A DNA stretch of 64,000 nt from an uncultured Gemmatimonadaceae bacterium (GTDB lineage Bacteria; Gemmatimonadota; Gemmatimonadetes; Gemmatimonadales; Gemmatimonadaceae), in assembly GCA_963790305.1 (NCBI GenBank), contig CAWBOC010000006.1:320001-384000 (forward strand). Direction: 5' to 3'. The first letter of the stretch is position 1. Every line of letters begins with the position of its first letter. Below the pieces are notes generated by a model. That model was given only the letters and a program-made list of their open reading frames with translations, was not told the DNA's origin and made no database searches. Both the position numbers and the translations under genes were made by a program. This document shows positions 1 to 9,863 of the stretch, piece after piece.

Positions 1-179
1 CGACGCGCGAGCGCACGGTGGCGTTCGCGCGCGAGCTGCGCCGCGCTGGTGTGGAGGTAGCGATTCGAAAGAGCCGTGGCGTCGACATCGCCGCGGCCTG
101 TGGCCAGCTACGGGTAGAACGGCTCGGCCGGCGGCCGCCAGGTCGCCCCGACCAGGACGGTCACATCCAGGTAGCGTGA
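1..179 (+). CDS. rlmN: 23S rRNA (adenine-C2)-methyltransferase RlmN, 3' end (partial)
   Basis: Frame from base 3 reads ...VAIRKSRGVDIAAACGQLR..., the RlmN/Cfr C-terminal motif; TGA at 177-179. Confidence 0.85.
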   Translation, partial: TRERTVAFARELRRAGVEVAIRKSRGVDIAAACGQLRVERLGRRPPGRPDQDGHIQVA

Positions 180-548
180 GCTGTCCGGCGCCTGCTCGAC
201 ACGGGCGCCCCCTAACGCGCGCGCGACGAGCGCCGCCCAATCCGCATGGCCCGAGCGATCCAGCACCAGGATGCTGTCGCGCACCTCGCGGGAGGTGCCC
301 ACACTCACCACGTCGAACCCGCGATCGCGGAGATGCATAGTGGCTCGTCGAGCCAGACCGCGAACGCGCGTCGCGTTCAACACCTCGACGCGAATGCGGA
401 CGCCCGCGGGCGCCTCGGCATCCACGCGCTGACGCACCGCCTGCGGAGCGCGCGTCGACGGGCCGCGCGCCACGAGAACGATTCCGATCACCACCAGCAG
501 CAGTGCGAGCATCACTGCCGCGCGTCGGATCAGGCGACGTCGTTCCAC
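108..548 (-). CDS. LytR C-terminal domain membrane protein
   Basis: N-terminal TM helix, then VRIRVEVLNAT...GLARRA...L...GF...DVTVLVG pattern; GTG start inferred at 548. Confidence 0.75.
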   Translation of the reverse strand: MERRRLIRRAAVMLALLLVVIGIVLVARGPSTRAPQAVRQRVDAEAPAGVRIRVEVLNATRVRGLARRATMHLRDRGFDVVSVGTSREVRDSILVLDRSGHADWAALVARALGGARVEQAPDSSRYLDVTVLVGATWRPPAEPFYP

Positions 549-1075
549 AGCGAGACCGTCTCGGGATAGAGCTGATTCCCTTCGCGCAACGACCACTCCA
601 GTCGCTGCCGCACAACCTGCCGAAAGACGCCGTCGAAGTCGTGCACGAGGTGCGACGCGAGAAACGCGCGATCCGCGCGAGCGAACGATCGGCCGGGTTC
701 CAGGAAGTCGGCCATGTAGAGCGCCCGTCCGGTGCGCGCCCATGCGCCGTTGCCGACGGTGTGCCACCGAATCGCCTCGAGGACGTCGGCGCGCGTTTCG
801 CCGTCGCGCAGAAGCCGCTCCGCCGCAGCCGGCCCGTGCAGAATCTGCGTCGGGAGCGCTGGATCGGGCACGAGCCTCCGCAGCTCCGAGTCCGGGGCAT
901 CGCGGAGCGCGTCATGCCACAGACCGGCATCGTGCCAGGCTCGGGCCTCCTCGGCCGACACGCGCAGCTCGCCCGCCCAGCGATCGAGCAGTGCGGTTAC
1001 ACGGGCGATGTGGGCACGGCGCTTGTCGCTGACGCGGGCCCACTCCGGCAGCTCAATCGAATCCGCGGCGAACAT
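530..1075 (-). CDS. YqeK-like HD-domain hydrolase (putative Ap4A hydrolase)
   Basis: RRAH...GLWHD...LHGPAAA...AIRWHTVG...LYMADFLEPGR motifs; start chosen at MFAADS. Confidence 0.8.
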   Translation of the reverse strand: MFAADSIELPEWARVSDKRRAHIARVTALLDRWAGELRVSAEEARAWHDAGLWHDALRDAPDSELRRLVPDPALPTQILHGPAAAERLLRDGETRADVLEAIRWHTVGNGAWARTGRALYMADFLEPGRSFARADRAFLASHLVHDFDGVFRQVVRQRLEWSLREGNQLYPETVSLWNDVA

Positions 1076-1886
1076 AGGGCTCGAGAACCGCGTGATTCCG
1101 GACACTGGTCCGCGCAACGTAGTTCCATCCCTTGAGCTCTACGCCGCGACCGATTCGCGACTCGACGATCCGCGAGTAGGGACCGATGACGCACTCCGAC
1201 CCGATCTCGGTGGCGCCCTCGATCACCGTGCCCGGGTAGATCACGGTGTCGGCCCCGATGCGCACATCGGCGTCGATCCACGTCGTGGCTGGAAGGACAA
1301 AGCTCACGCCGTGGGCCTCATGCTCGCGAATGAGGCGGTCGCGGATGGCGACCGACGCGTCCGAGAGGGCATGACGATCAGTGATTCGGATCAGCTCGTC
1401 CTCCGAGGTGGGCGCGACCCGGTGTGCGCCGCTCGGCCTTCGAGGATCGTCCGCCGAGGCGAGGGCAGGTCCTTCCCCACCGACCAGGAGCGGCGCCAGC
1501 TCATCGCGCCGGTCGAGCAACGCGGAGACACCGCTCTCGGCCGCACGCAGCGCCCGCGCGATGGTCGAGGGGGTCACGAGCGCCGCGGCACCGTCGAGCA
1601 GCGCACGGAGACCCGGAGGAGTCACGGCCGCACGCAGCGACACGAGCTCCGACCCAGAGTCCACCGGCAGCAGGTCCAGCGGGACTGAAAGTCCCGATGG
1701 CAGCGCGACGGCGGTGCCTGACGAGTGAAGAATGCGTATGGCGTCCGGGGGCGGTGTGACACGGGAGAGCGAGTGCAGCACGTGCCAGAGAATCGGCCGG
1801 CCTGCCAACGGGTGGAGATACACGCTGACACGCGACCGAAAGGTCACACCGTCTTCGAGCGCGGCGACCACCGCGCTCCAGCTCAC
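1053..1886 (-). CDS. Degenerate, truncated GlmU-like protein (NTP-transferase-like fold plus short left-handed beta-helix)
   Basis: LHPLAGRPILWHVL and GVSFVLPATTWIDADVRIGADTVIYPG hexapeptide region; only 277 aa. Confidence 0.65.
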   Translation of the reverse strand: MSWSAVVAALEDGVTFRSRVSVYLHPLAGRPILWHVLHSLSRVTPPPDAIRILHSSGTAVALPSGLSVPLDLLPVDSGSELVSLRAAVTPPGLRALLDGAAALVTPSTIARALRAAESGVSALLDRRDELAPLLVGGEGPALASADDPRRPSGAHRVAPTSEDELIRITDRHALSDASVAIRDRLIREHEAHGVSFVLPATTWIDADVRIGADTVIYPGTVIEGATEIGSECVIGPYSRIVESRIGRGVELKGWNYVARTSVRNHAVLEPYVRRGFD

Positions 1887-2731
1887 TGAGTCCCCAGGAT
1901 TACGTTGTCGATGAGTCGAGTATGCCCCACGCGCGCCGCGAGCGCGACAACCGCGCCCACGTCGGCCTGTGAAAGCGGCTCGAGTGTATTGGGATCGGCG
2001 ACGGCAACGTAATCCACCTCGGCGATTCCTCGCTCGGCGAGGTGCTCCCGCGCAATCTCCTCCAGCTTCGTGGCACTCCGTTCGCCGGCGGCATGAGCGC
2101 TTTGAACAGCCCGCAGCGCACCGGACAACGCAAGCGCGCGTTCCCGCGCCTGAACATCGAGATAGCTGTTGCGGCTGGACATGGCGAGCCCATCGGGCTC
2201 GCGGACAGTCGGGGCAACAACGATCTCAACTGGAATATCGAGATCACGCACCATGGCGCGCACGAGCGTCGCCTGCTGTATGTCTTTTTGGCCGAAGACC
2301 GCGACGTGAGGCTGCACGATGTTGAACAGCTTCGCGACCACGGTGAGGACCCCCTCGAAGTGGCCAGGACGCGCAGCGCCCTCCCAGCGAGCGCCGAGTG
2401 ACCGTGGCGTCACGACGACGCGCGGTTCCTCCGGGTAGATCTCGTTGGCGTTGGGAATAAAAAGCGCGTCTACGCCACGCGCTTCGGCCTTCGCTGCGTC
2501 CCCATCCAGATCCCGCGGGTACCGAGTCAGGTCTTCAGTCGGTCCGAACTGCAGCGGATTGACGAAGACACTCATTATCACGAGGTCAGCTCGCCGACGT
2601 GCCTCGTCGACGAGCCGCAGGTGCCCCTCGTGGAGGAACCCCATCGTTGGCACGAACCCCACGCGTTTGCCACGCGCGCGCGCCGCGCCAACGAGATCAC
2701 GGACCTCCGTGACACGCGTGAGGCGCTGCAT
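1883..2731 (-). CDS. panC: Pantoate--beta-alanine ligase
   Basis: FVPTMGFLHEGH, FGQKDIQQ, REPDGLAMSSRN, RLIDN. Confidence 0.95.
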   Translation of the reverse strand: MQRLTRVTEVRDLVGAARARGKRVGFVPTMGFLHEGHLRLVDEARRRADLVIMSVFVNPLQFGPTEDLTRYPRDLDGDAAKAEARGVDALFIPNANEIYPEEPRVVVTPRSLGARWEGAARPGHFEGVLTVVAKLFNIVQPHVAVFGQKDIQQATLVRAMVRDLDIPVEIVVAPTVREPDGLAMSSRNSYLDVQARERALALSGALRAVQSAHAAGERSATKLEEIAREHLAERGIAEVDYVAVADPNTLEPLSQADVGAVVALAARVGHTRLIDNVILGTQ

Positions 2732-2732
2732 A

Positions 2733-3548
2733 TCAGAAGCTGTGCTGATCATCCGGATACACGCCCGCTCGTACCTCATCGCGGAAGGCCGACACTGCCT
2801 TGCGAACGTCGTCGGCGAGGTTCGCGTACGGCTTGAGGAACTTCGGGCGAAATCGGTCGTTGAGCCCCAGCAAGTCGGGCAGTACGAGCACCTGTCCGTC
2901 GCAGCCCACACCTGCCCCGATGCCGATCGTGGGAATCGTGAGGGTGTCCGTGACGCGCCGAGCAACCGAGGCCGGCATGAGCTCGAGGACCAGTGCGAAC
3001 GCGCCGGCCGCCTCGACCCGACGCGCATCGGCGAGCAAACGCTCTGCCGCATCCTCGCCCCGTCCCTGAACACGGGGACCGCCCAGCGCATGAACCGACT
3101 GCGGTGTGAAGCCGAGATGGGCCATCACCGGTACGCCGATTCCCGTGAGCGTCTCAATGGCGCGCGCGATGCGCTCGTCACCACCCTCGAGCTTTACCGC
3201 CTGCGCGCCCGTCTCCTGCATGATGCGGCCCGCGTTGAGCAGCGCCTGTTCCTCGCTCACCTGGTACGTAAGGAACGGCATGTCGATCACGAGGAGCGCG
3301 TTGGTCACGCCGCGTCGAACCGCACGGCCATGGTAGATCATATCGCCGAGCGTCACCGGCAGCGTGGAGTCACGCCCCTGCACCACGTGCCCCAGCGAGT
3401 CTCCCACCAGCACGATGTCGACGTCAGCTTCGTCGACGAGCCGACCGAACAACGCATCGTACGCGGTCACCATGACGATCTTTCGCGCGGCCTTCTTCCG
3501 CTCGATGATGTCGCGGATCGTCAACACCTTCCGCTTCTCCGCGCCCAT
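2733..3548 (-). CDS. panB: 3-methyl-2-oxobutanoate hydroxymethyltransferase
   Basis: TAYDA, LVGDSLG, DMPF, AVKLEGG, IGIGAG, DGQVLV. Confidence 0.96.
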   Translation of the reverse strand: MGAEKRKVLTIRDIIERKKAARKIVMVTAYDALFGRLVDEADVDIVLVGDSLGHVVQGRDSTLPVTLGDMIYHGRAVRRGVTNALLVIDMPFLTYQVSEEQALLNAGRIMQETGAQAVKLEGGDERIARAIETLTGIGVPVMAHLGFTPQSVHALGGPRVQGRGEDAAERLLADARRVEAAGAFALVLELMPASVARRVTDTLTIPTIGIGAGVGCDGQVLVLPDLLGLNDRFRPKFLKPYANLADDVRKAVSAFRDEVRAGVYPDDQHSF

Positions 3549-3550
3549 GC

Positions 3551-3961
3551 TCACGAGAGCTCCTCGAGCTCGACGAGCTCGCGCTGCCAGAACTCGCGTG
3601 TACCGAGCCCCGGATGCGGGATCGTGAGGTTGGGATCGCGCACTTCCCTGTCGCCGAGCTTCACGATGTCGAGATCGAGGGTGCGCGCTCCCCACCGCTC
3701 CTCGCGAACGCGTCCAGCATCACGCTCAATGCGCTGCAGCGCGGCAAGCAGGGCGCGCGGATCGAGCGCGGTCTCGAGGGCCACCATCTGATTCAGATAG
3801 AAACCCTGCGCTGGGCCGCCGATCGGCTCGGTCTCCTCAATGGTGCTCACCGCGAGGAGCCGTGACTCGGGGAGCGCGGCCAGAGCGGCGCGGGCGTGGG
3901 CGAGGTGCGCATCGCGGTCGCCGAGGTTCGAGCCCAACGCGATGTAGGCGATGTCGCGCAT
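3551..3961 (-). CDS. folK: 2-amino-4-hydroxy-6-hydroxymethyldihydropteridine diphosphokinase
   Basis: YIALGSNLGD, RWGARTLDLDI, LTIPHP. Confidence 0.93.
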   Translation of the reverse strand: MRDIAYIALGSNLGDRDAHLAHARAALAALPESRLLAVSTIEETEPIGGPAQGFYLNQMVALETALDPRALLAALQRIERDAGRVREERWGARTLDLDIVKLGDREVRDPNLTIPHPGLGTREFWQRELVELEELS

Positions 3962-4021
3962 GAGATCACACGCGCGCCGGAGATCGCCGCTCGCCGAGCG
4001 ACGACGAGCGAGGAGCTGGCG

Positions 4022-4063
4022 TTGACACGGCGTCAAGCTACGGGCATCGTCGGCGCGTGTCAA
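4022..4063. promoter_or_regulatory. Overlapping divergent sigma70-like promoters for folK and rqcH
   Basis: TTGACA(4022-4027)-N17-CATCGT on +; TTGACA(4063-4058)-N17-TAGCTT on -. Confidence 0.5.
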
Positions 4064-4075
4064 ACGCGTGCGGCG

Positions 4076-5497
4076 ATGGATAGTCTGACTACGCACTACG
4101 TCGCGCGCGAGCTCGGCGAGCGATGGCGCGGCCGGTACATCGTCGCATGTCGCGCGGATCATGTCTCGCGCCTGCTCACGCTATGGTGTGACGGAACCCC
4201 GCCAGTGTCCTTCGACCTGCGTGCGCTCGCCGTCCGTGAGGAAAACCGCGCACCAGACGGGGAGCTGCTCGGAGGGTGGACCATTGTCGGCGTCGAGGCG
4301 CCAATCGACGAGCGACGACTCATCATCCGGTGCGACCGACCGGGAAAATTTCGCGGCTCCGCATCGAAGCAGGGCGACATAGAGGTCAGCTTCATTCCGA
4401 ATGGACGGGGAGCGCGCGTGAGAGATGCGCGCCACGCCCTCGCCACGATCGGGGTCGCGCTGCCGGCCGTTGCCCCCCCGCGCCAGGTGCTCGCCGACGC
4501 CGCGGTCCGTGCCGCGGTCGCGGCTCGCGATGAGGGAGCGATGCTCCGCGGTCGATGGATGAGCCCGACCATCTGTGCCGCGCTTCTCGCGCAACAGGAG
4601 CGTGCAGTCGATCTGCACCGACTGATCGCCTCCTTGCCCACGGCATCTCCAGTGCGCTGCGGGGATGTCGTCTTCCCGCTGCGAATCTGCGATGGAGAGC
4701 CCGTTTCATCGTTGATACTGCCGGTCGCACCGGAGCACGCACCCTCGAGCGAGCCCGACGACCGGACGTTCCGCGCAATCTCGAGAATGCGCCGCGAGCT
4801 CGATCGTGCTCGTGAGGCGCCACGCCTCCGGGCGGTCGCCGACGCGCTCATGGCGCTGGGTGCCGACGCCGACGTGCCGGCGACCATCGTTCTCTCCGAT
4901 GGGAGCGACGCGCCGGTGCCCCGGTCGGACGACCCGCACGACACCCCGATTGCGCTGGCCGAGCGACTCTACAAGGAAGTGGGGGCGATGGAGCGCGCAC
5001 TCGAGGGACTTCCGGCGCGAATTACCGCGTTGGAGGCGAAGGCGGAATCTCCGCCTGCCCGGAGCGGACGGCGCCTCACTCGAGCTGCAAAGGGTACCGC
5101 GCCCGCGCGCTTACCGTACAAGTCGTATCGCACGTCCGGCGGCATCGCCGTGCTCGTCGGACGCGGGGCCCGCGCCAACGACGAGTTGACCTACGACATC
5201 GCGAAGCCGGACGACGTGTGGCTCCACGCGCGGGATGTGACGGGGGCGCACGTCGTGATGCGATGGTCACAGGAGGGCGCGCCGCCGGCGCGCGACCTCC
5301 ACGAGGCGGCCGCGCTCGCCGCCTGGTACAGTCGCGCCCGTGGGAGCGTGGTGGTTCCGGTCGATTGGACGCGGCGCCGACATGTGCGTCGCGCGCGTGG
5401 CGGCCCGCCCGGTCGCGCGCTGGTGGAGCGGGCGCAGACGGTCATGGCCCGGCCGAGCGCTGAGCTGGAGAGAAGGCTGCGATCGAACGAGGCGTGA
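4076..5497 (+). CDS. rqcH: RqcH/FbpA (NFACT family) ribosome quality control protein, shortened
   Basis: C-terminal NFACT-R: VLVGRGARANDELT...DVWLHARDVTGAHVV...AAALAAWYSRAR; NFACT-N-like start MDSLTTHYVAREL. Confidence 0.75.
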   Translation: MDSLTTHYVARELGERWRGRYIVACRADHVSRLLTLWCDGTPPVSFDLRALAVREENRAPDGELLGGWTIVGVEAPIDERRLIIRCDRPGKFRGSASKQGDIEVSFIPNGRGARVRDARHALATIGVALPAVAPPRQVLADAAVRAAVAARDEGAMLRGRWMSPTICAALLAQQERAVDLHRLIASLPTASPVRCGDVVFPLRICDGEPVSSLILPVAPEHAPSSEPDDRTFRAISRMRRELDRAREAPRLRAVADALMALGADADVPATIVLSDGSDAPVPRSDDPHDTPIALAERLYKEVGAMERALEGLPARITALEAKAESPPARSGRRLTRAAKGTAPARLPYKSYRTSGGIAVLVGRGARANDELTYDIAKPDDVWLHARDVTGAHVVMRWSQEGAPPARDLHEAAALAAWYSRARGSVVVPVDWTRRRHVRRARGGPPGRALVERAQTVMARPSAELERRLRSNEA

Positions 5498-5524
5498 GGT
5501 GCTCGAAGTGCACTTCGAGCACCT

Positions 5525-7606
5525 CTATCCCACGCTCGTTATCCGTCTCGTAAGCTCATCCAGGTACGCCGCCACGCTGCGGAGCTCGTCAGTCGCGCCC
5601 TCGAGCTCGCGGAGCGCACGGGCCTGGTCCTTCGCCGTCTCCGTCACGTTCTCGGCACCCTGGCGCGTCTTGCGCGAGATCTCGGCGATGCGCACCACGC
5701 GCTCGCGGAGGCGCCCGAACTCGGCCTCCTGATCACGGGACGTGTTCTCGATCGCCTGCGCACGGCCGAACGTCGTCGCCGTCGCCTGCACGATGCGGTC
5801 GAGCGCCTGCAGGGCAGCCTCGGAGAGTCCTTCCACGTCACTCATCATCGTCGACCCTCGATCCATCTGCTGCGCGACGCGACGCATCTGCTCCTCGAAT
5901 CCGACCACGATGTCGCCAGCCTCGTCCGAGGCGCGCGCGCTCTGCTCGGCGAGCTTGCGGACTTCATCGGCGACGACCGCGAATCCCTTGCCCTGCTCCC
6001 CGGCGCGCGCCGCTTCGATAGCGGCGTTGAGCGCGAGAAGATTGGTTTGGTCGGCGAGCTCGCGGATGACCCCGATGAACTCGGTGATTCTTCGCGTTGT
6101 CTTTGCGAGCACGTCGATCTGCTCCCCACTCTCGCCCACGAAGCGCTTGGCACCGACCAGTCGGTCGATGGCGGTTGCGATCGTGTCGCGGTGCTCGCTG
6201 GCAATCGACGTCGCCTCACGACTGGCGCCAGCCGCATCGCGGCCGTCACGCACCACATTCTCGGTCGCGGTGTGCAGAGCCTCGGTCGCGTGGATGCTGC
6301 GGTCCACCTGGTCGCTCTGCTCGAGAATTCCGCGGGTGATGTCGGAGATCGTCCGCGCCACCGCCTCGCCACCAGCCCGCAGGGCCCGCGCCGACTCGTT
6401 GAGCGTTCCCAGCTGGCTCGATACGCGCGTCATGGCCTCGATGAGCGGCTGTCGGAGATCATCGATGTGAAGCGTGGTCGCGAGCTGGCTGCCGAAGCGC
6501 TCGATGAGCGCGATTTCTTTCGTGCTGTACGACGCTTCCTTGTGGTGCTCCATCTCGAGGAGCCCGACATTGCGATCACCGAACCGCAGCGGGATCACCA
6601 CGATGCTCCGGGACTTGGGCGTCGGATTTTCGATGCGGGCATCCTTGAGTGCATTCGTCACCACCACGGGCTGGCCGCTCTCGATCGCCAGACGGCGGAG
6701 CTTCACGCCGTCCCCCGCGGGCTCACGCGGGACTTCGAGTAGCCCCTCGCCACTTCGATAGACCAGCCGCAACCCGGTGGGCTGAAGCCGCGAGATCCGA
6801 AACTCCTGCCAGTCGACAAGCCGGTGCGCGAGACGCTCGATACGCCCGAACGACTCGGCGAGTGATGCGTCGGAGGTCACGACCTGCTCCATCGCTCGAA
6901 CCTGGTTCAGCTCTTCGGCGGCGATGGCGTCCTGAAGAATGCGCTTCAGCAAGAGGCCGGTCATCGCGAGCACGACTGCCACGACCGCCGACCCGGCGAA
7001 CCCGACGCTCGTCGCCGTGAGCACAATGATGGAGGCCGCGCCCACCGTGACGATGAACGCGATCACCTCGTAGCGCATGATCAGCGACTTCTCTTCAGGG
7101 AGCAGCTTGTCGCGGTAGAGCAACGTGAAATACTGGAGCGCGCGACTGAAGAGGAAATACGCAAAGACGAATACCACCGTGGCCGGCAGCGCGTCGATCG
7201 AGAGCAGCCGGCTGCTGGTGAGCCCGGCATTCTCGATCATCGCGGCGTAGAACCCGTAGGCCGCAATGAGCGCGAGCGCTTCGCGCCCCGAGTTGATCCA
7301 CGCCACCGTCGCCGGCTTCACGAGCAGCAGCCAGTCGGTGAAGAACACACCGACGATGAGCGCGATGGCGGTAGCCGGTGCACCCATGAGGAGCGCGCCG
7401 CTGATCGCCACGACTCCGAGCTGGTGCAGCGACGAGTACTTCGTGAGCGAGATCTGGTGATACCGCAGCGCGACGAGGACGATGATCGCCAGCCCAATGC
7501 CGCCCAGGTGCGTCGCCCAGCGCGCGTCGAAGAGGAGCGACAGGAACGAGATCGCCAGCCCGACGATGCGGAGCGACCAGGCGTAGACGTTGAGAACGCG
7601 GCTCAC
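5525..7606 (-). CDS. Methyl-accepting chemotaxis protein with polytopic membrane N-terminus and GAF domain
   Basis: [35 protein letters not shown] hairpin; GAF-like [19 protein letters not shown]; several hydrophobic helices; GTG start overlaps trpA stop. Confidence 0.88.
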   Translation of the reverse strand: MSRVLNVYAWSLRIVGLAISFLSLLFDARWATHLGGIGLAIIVLVALRYHQISLTKYSSLHQLGVVAISGALLMGAPATAIALIVGVFFTDWLLLVKPATVAWINSGREALALIAAYGFYAAMIENAGLTSSRLLSIDALPATVVFVFAYFLFSRALQYFTLLYRDKLLPEEKSLIMRYEVIAFIVTVGAASIIVLTATSVGFAGSAVVAVVLAMTGLLLKRILQDAIAAEELNQVRAMEQVVTSDASLAESFGRIERLAHRLVDWQEFRISRLQPTGLRLVYRSGEGLLEVPREPAGDGVKLRRLAIESGQPVVVTNALKDARIENPTPKSRSIVVIPLRFGDRNVGLLEMEHHKEASYSTKEIALIERFGSQLATTLHIDDLRQPLIEAMTRVSSQLGTLNESARALRAGGEAVARTISDITRGILEQSDQVDRSIHATEALHTATENVVRDGRDAAGASREATSIASEHRDTIATAIDRLVGAKRFVGESGEQIDVLAKTTRRITEFIGVIRELADQTNLLALNAAIEAARAGEQGKGFAVVADEVRKLAEQSARASDEAGDIVVGFEEQMRRVAQQMDRGSTMMSDVEGLSEAALQALDRIVQATATTFGRAQAIENTSRDQEAEFGRLRERVVRIAEISRKTRQGAENVTETAKDQARALRELEGATDELRSVAAYLDELTRRITSVG

Positions 7607-8407
7607 GGCAGTTGGTCCAGGGAAGTGCGCATCGCGCGCACCAGAGAGAGAGCAGCATCGATATCGCGATCGGCCGCGCGCACAACCGCGCTGCCCACAA
7701 CGACGCCATCCGCAAGGCGGCCTACCATCGCGGCTTGATCGGGACTCGAGAATGCCGAAACCGACGCAGATGGGAAGCGAGGTTGCCTGTCGGAGCGCCG
7801 AGACCGTGCCGGGGAGGTCGGCGGACACGTCGGCACGCTCACCTGTGACGCCCAGCCGGCTGATGAGATAGACGAATCCGCGTCCATGCCTGGCGATCTC
7901 AGCCATCCGGTCGTGAGGCGTCGTCGGCGCGACGAGACGCACGAACGCCAGCGGGCCGCCGCCGAGCCACCCTTCCAGCTCCGGGTCTGCGCCCACGGGC
8001 AGATCGGTTACGAGCACGCCGTGCACGCCGGAGTCCGCGGCACGATCGAGCAAATGGGCGCGACTCGACAGCAGCGGATTCAGATAGCTGAACAGCACCA
8101 CCGGCGCCCGAACGCGCGCGCGCGCGACCAGCTCGAACGTCCCGTCGAGTGTCATTCCCTGCTCGAGGGCACGCTGCGAGCTGGCCTGAATGACCGCGCC
8201 ATCCGCCATCGGATCGGAGAACGGGACACCGACTTCGATCACGTCCGCGCCCGCGTCATCGAGCCCGCGAAGGAGCTCGAGTGATTTCTCGAGAGTCGGG
8301 TGACCGGCCGTGACGTAGACCACGAGCGCGCGCCGGCCTGCGGTCCGCAGGTCGGCGAAGCGGCGGTCGAGCACGTCAGGCGAAGTAGTCGCTGACGCGG
8401 ATGCCAT
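7603..8407 (-). CDS. trpA: Tryptophan synthase alpha chain (one extra base near 7751, probable sequencing error)
   Basis: [28 protein letters not shown], then continues in another frame as SSPDQAA...ADGVVVGSA. Confidence 0.9.
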
Positions 8408-9863
8408 AGCGGTCGGGATCGGCAAGCTTGATGATCGTACGGAGGAAGCGGCCCGTCGCGTCCTGCTGGTGCAGGTCGACGAGCGTGCCAGGATGCAGCA
8501 GGTTTCCGCGCTCGTCGCTGATCACGCGAACGATGGGGCGCGAGATCGCCTCTGGCACGGGATTCACCGCGTGCACGACCGCGAGCTCGAACGTGTCGAG
8601 CACGACGAGCGTGCCCACCGGGTAGTGCCCCACGAGGCTGACGAACGCTTTCACGATCACCGGGTCCATTCCGCGACGCGGATTGTTCCGCATCTCGGCC
8701 AGCACGGCCACCGGTGTGAGCGGCTCCGTCTGATACACGCGACGCGACGTCGCCGCGTCGAACCCGTCCGCCACCGCGACGATCTTGCTGTAGATCGACA
8801 TTTGCCGCTCGCGCAGGTGCTTCGGGTACCCGGTGAGGTCGGTCTTCATGTGATGCTCGTGTGCCACGACCATCGCCCGATATGGAAGCTCCGCCTGTCC
8901 GCGCATCTGAAAGAGTGCGAGGACCCCGAGCCAGGGGTGGGCGGACATCATGCGCCACTCCTCGTCGTTCAGTCCATCCGGCTTGTTGAGAATCTCGAGG
9001 GGTACGCGCGACTTGCCGATGTCGTGCAGAAGGGCCGCCACGCCGAGATCGTAGAGCTGAAGCTTGGTCAAACCGATTTTTCGCCCCAGCGCCACCGAGA
9101 AGATGCAGACGTTCACACTGTGCGTGAACGTGTACTCGTCGTAGTCCCGCAGCGTCGTCAGGCCCAGCAGCGAGGTTTCCTCGTTCAGGATCTGGTCGAC
9201 GATGGACTGCACCGCACGCTTGATCTTCTTGATGTTGGGGCTGCGACCCATCCGCACCGAGTTGATGACTTCCTTCGTCACATTCACCGACTGTGCGTAC
9301 GTACGCTTTGCCGCCTCTTTCGCCTTCTCGCGGAACTCGTCGTCGTCCGTGTCCGTGGGACCGGACAGGGCGAACGAGCGGATCCCCGCCGCCTCGAGCT
9401 TGCCCGTCACGTGCGCGAACCGAGCAGGGACGTCGACGGTGGTGGCGCTCGGGAGAATCGTCAGCAGCGATGTCCACTCTCGGGGACCAGCGCCTTCTTC
9501 GACGCGGCAAACTCCGACGCCGGCATCGCGAAACATCATGAGAATGCGGCTGAAGCTCGCGTAGTTATCGAGATCCAGACGAAGTCGCGTCGCATTAATG
9601 AAGATGAACTCGCCGGAGACGCGCAGCTCGAGCTCTCGCTCTTGCTTGAGGAGATCGGCCGCCATGGCGGTGAGCTCCTGCAGCGCGTTCTGAACGGCGG
9701 CGTTCTCCAGAGGGTAGAGCTTGAGCGCACGCGACGCGCTGTACAGGGAGATGATGAAGTCGCGTCCCCGCCGGCGAATGTAGGAATCACCGCCGCGCTC
9801 ATAGTCGGCAGATCCCTGCGCGGTGGGGACGTGCGACGGCGTCCGTCGCATCACACGGCTCAT
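8376..9863 (-). CDS. HD-GYP domain protein (putative cyclic di-nucleotide phosphodiesterase)
   Basis: [41 protein letters not shown]-terminal YPVGTLVVL domain. Confidence 0.9.
   Translation of the reverse strand: MSRVMRRTPSHVPTAQGSADYERGGDSYIRRRGRDFIISLYSASRALKLYPLENAAVQNALQELTAMAADLLKQERELELRVSGEFIFINATRLRLDLDNYASFSRILMMFRDAGVGVCRVEEGAGPREWTSLLTILPSATTVDVPARFAHVTGKLEAAGIRSFALSGPTDTDDDEFREKAKEAAKRTYAQSVNVTKEVINSVRMGRSPNIKKIKRAVQSIVDQILNEETSLLGLTTLRDYDEYTFTHSVNVCIFSVALGRKIGLTKLQLYDLGVAALLHDIGKSRVPLEILNKPDGLNDEEWRMMSAHPWLGVLALFQMRGQAELPYRAMVVAHEHHMKTDLTGYPKHLRERQMSIYSKIVAVADGFDAATSRRVYQTEPLTPVAVLAEMRNNPRRGMDPVIVKAFVSLVGHYPVGTLVVLDTFELAVVHAVNPVPEAISRPIVRVISDERGNLLHPGTLVDLHQQDATGRFLRTIIKLADPDRYGIRVSDYFA

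Noticed and set aside
5525..8425. 966-aa TrpA-MCP ORF as a genuine gene
   Set aside because: The normal TrpA C-terminus is intact in another frame and the MCP has its own overlapping GTG start; annotated as two genes
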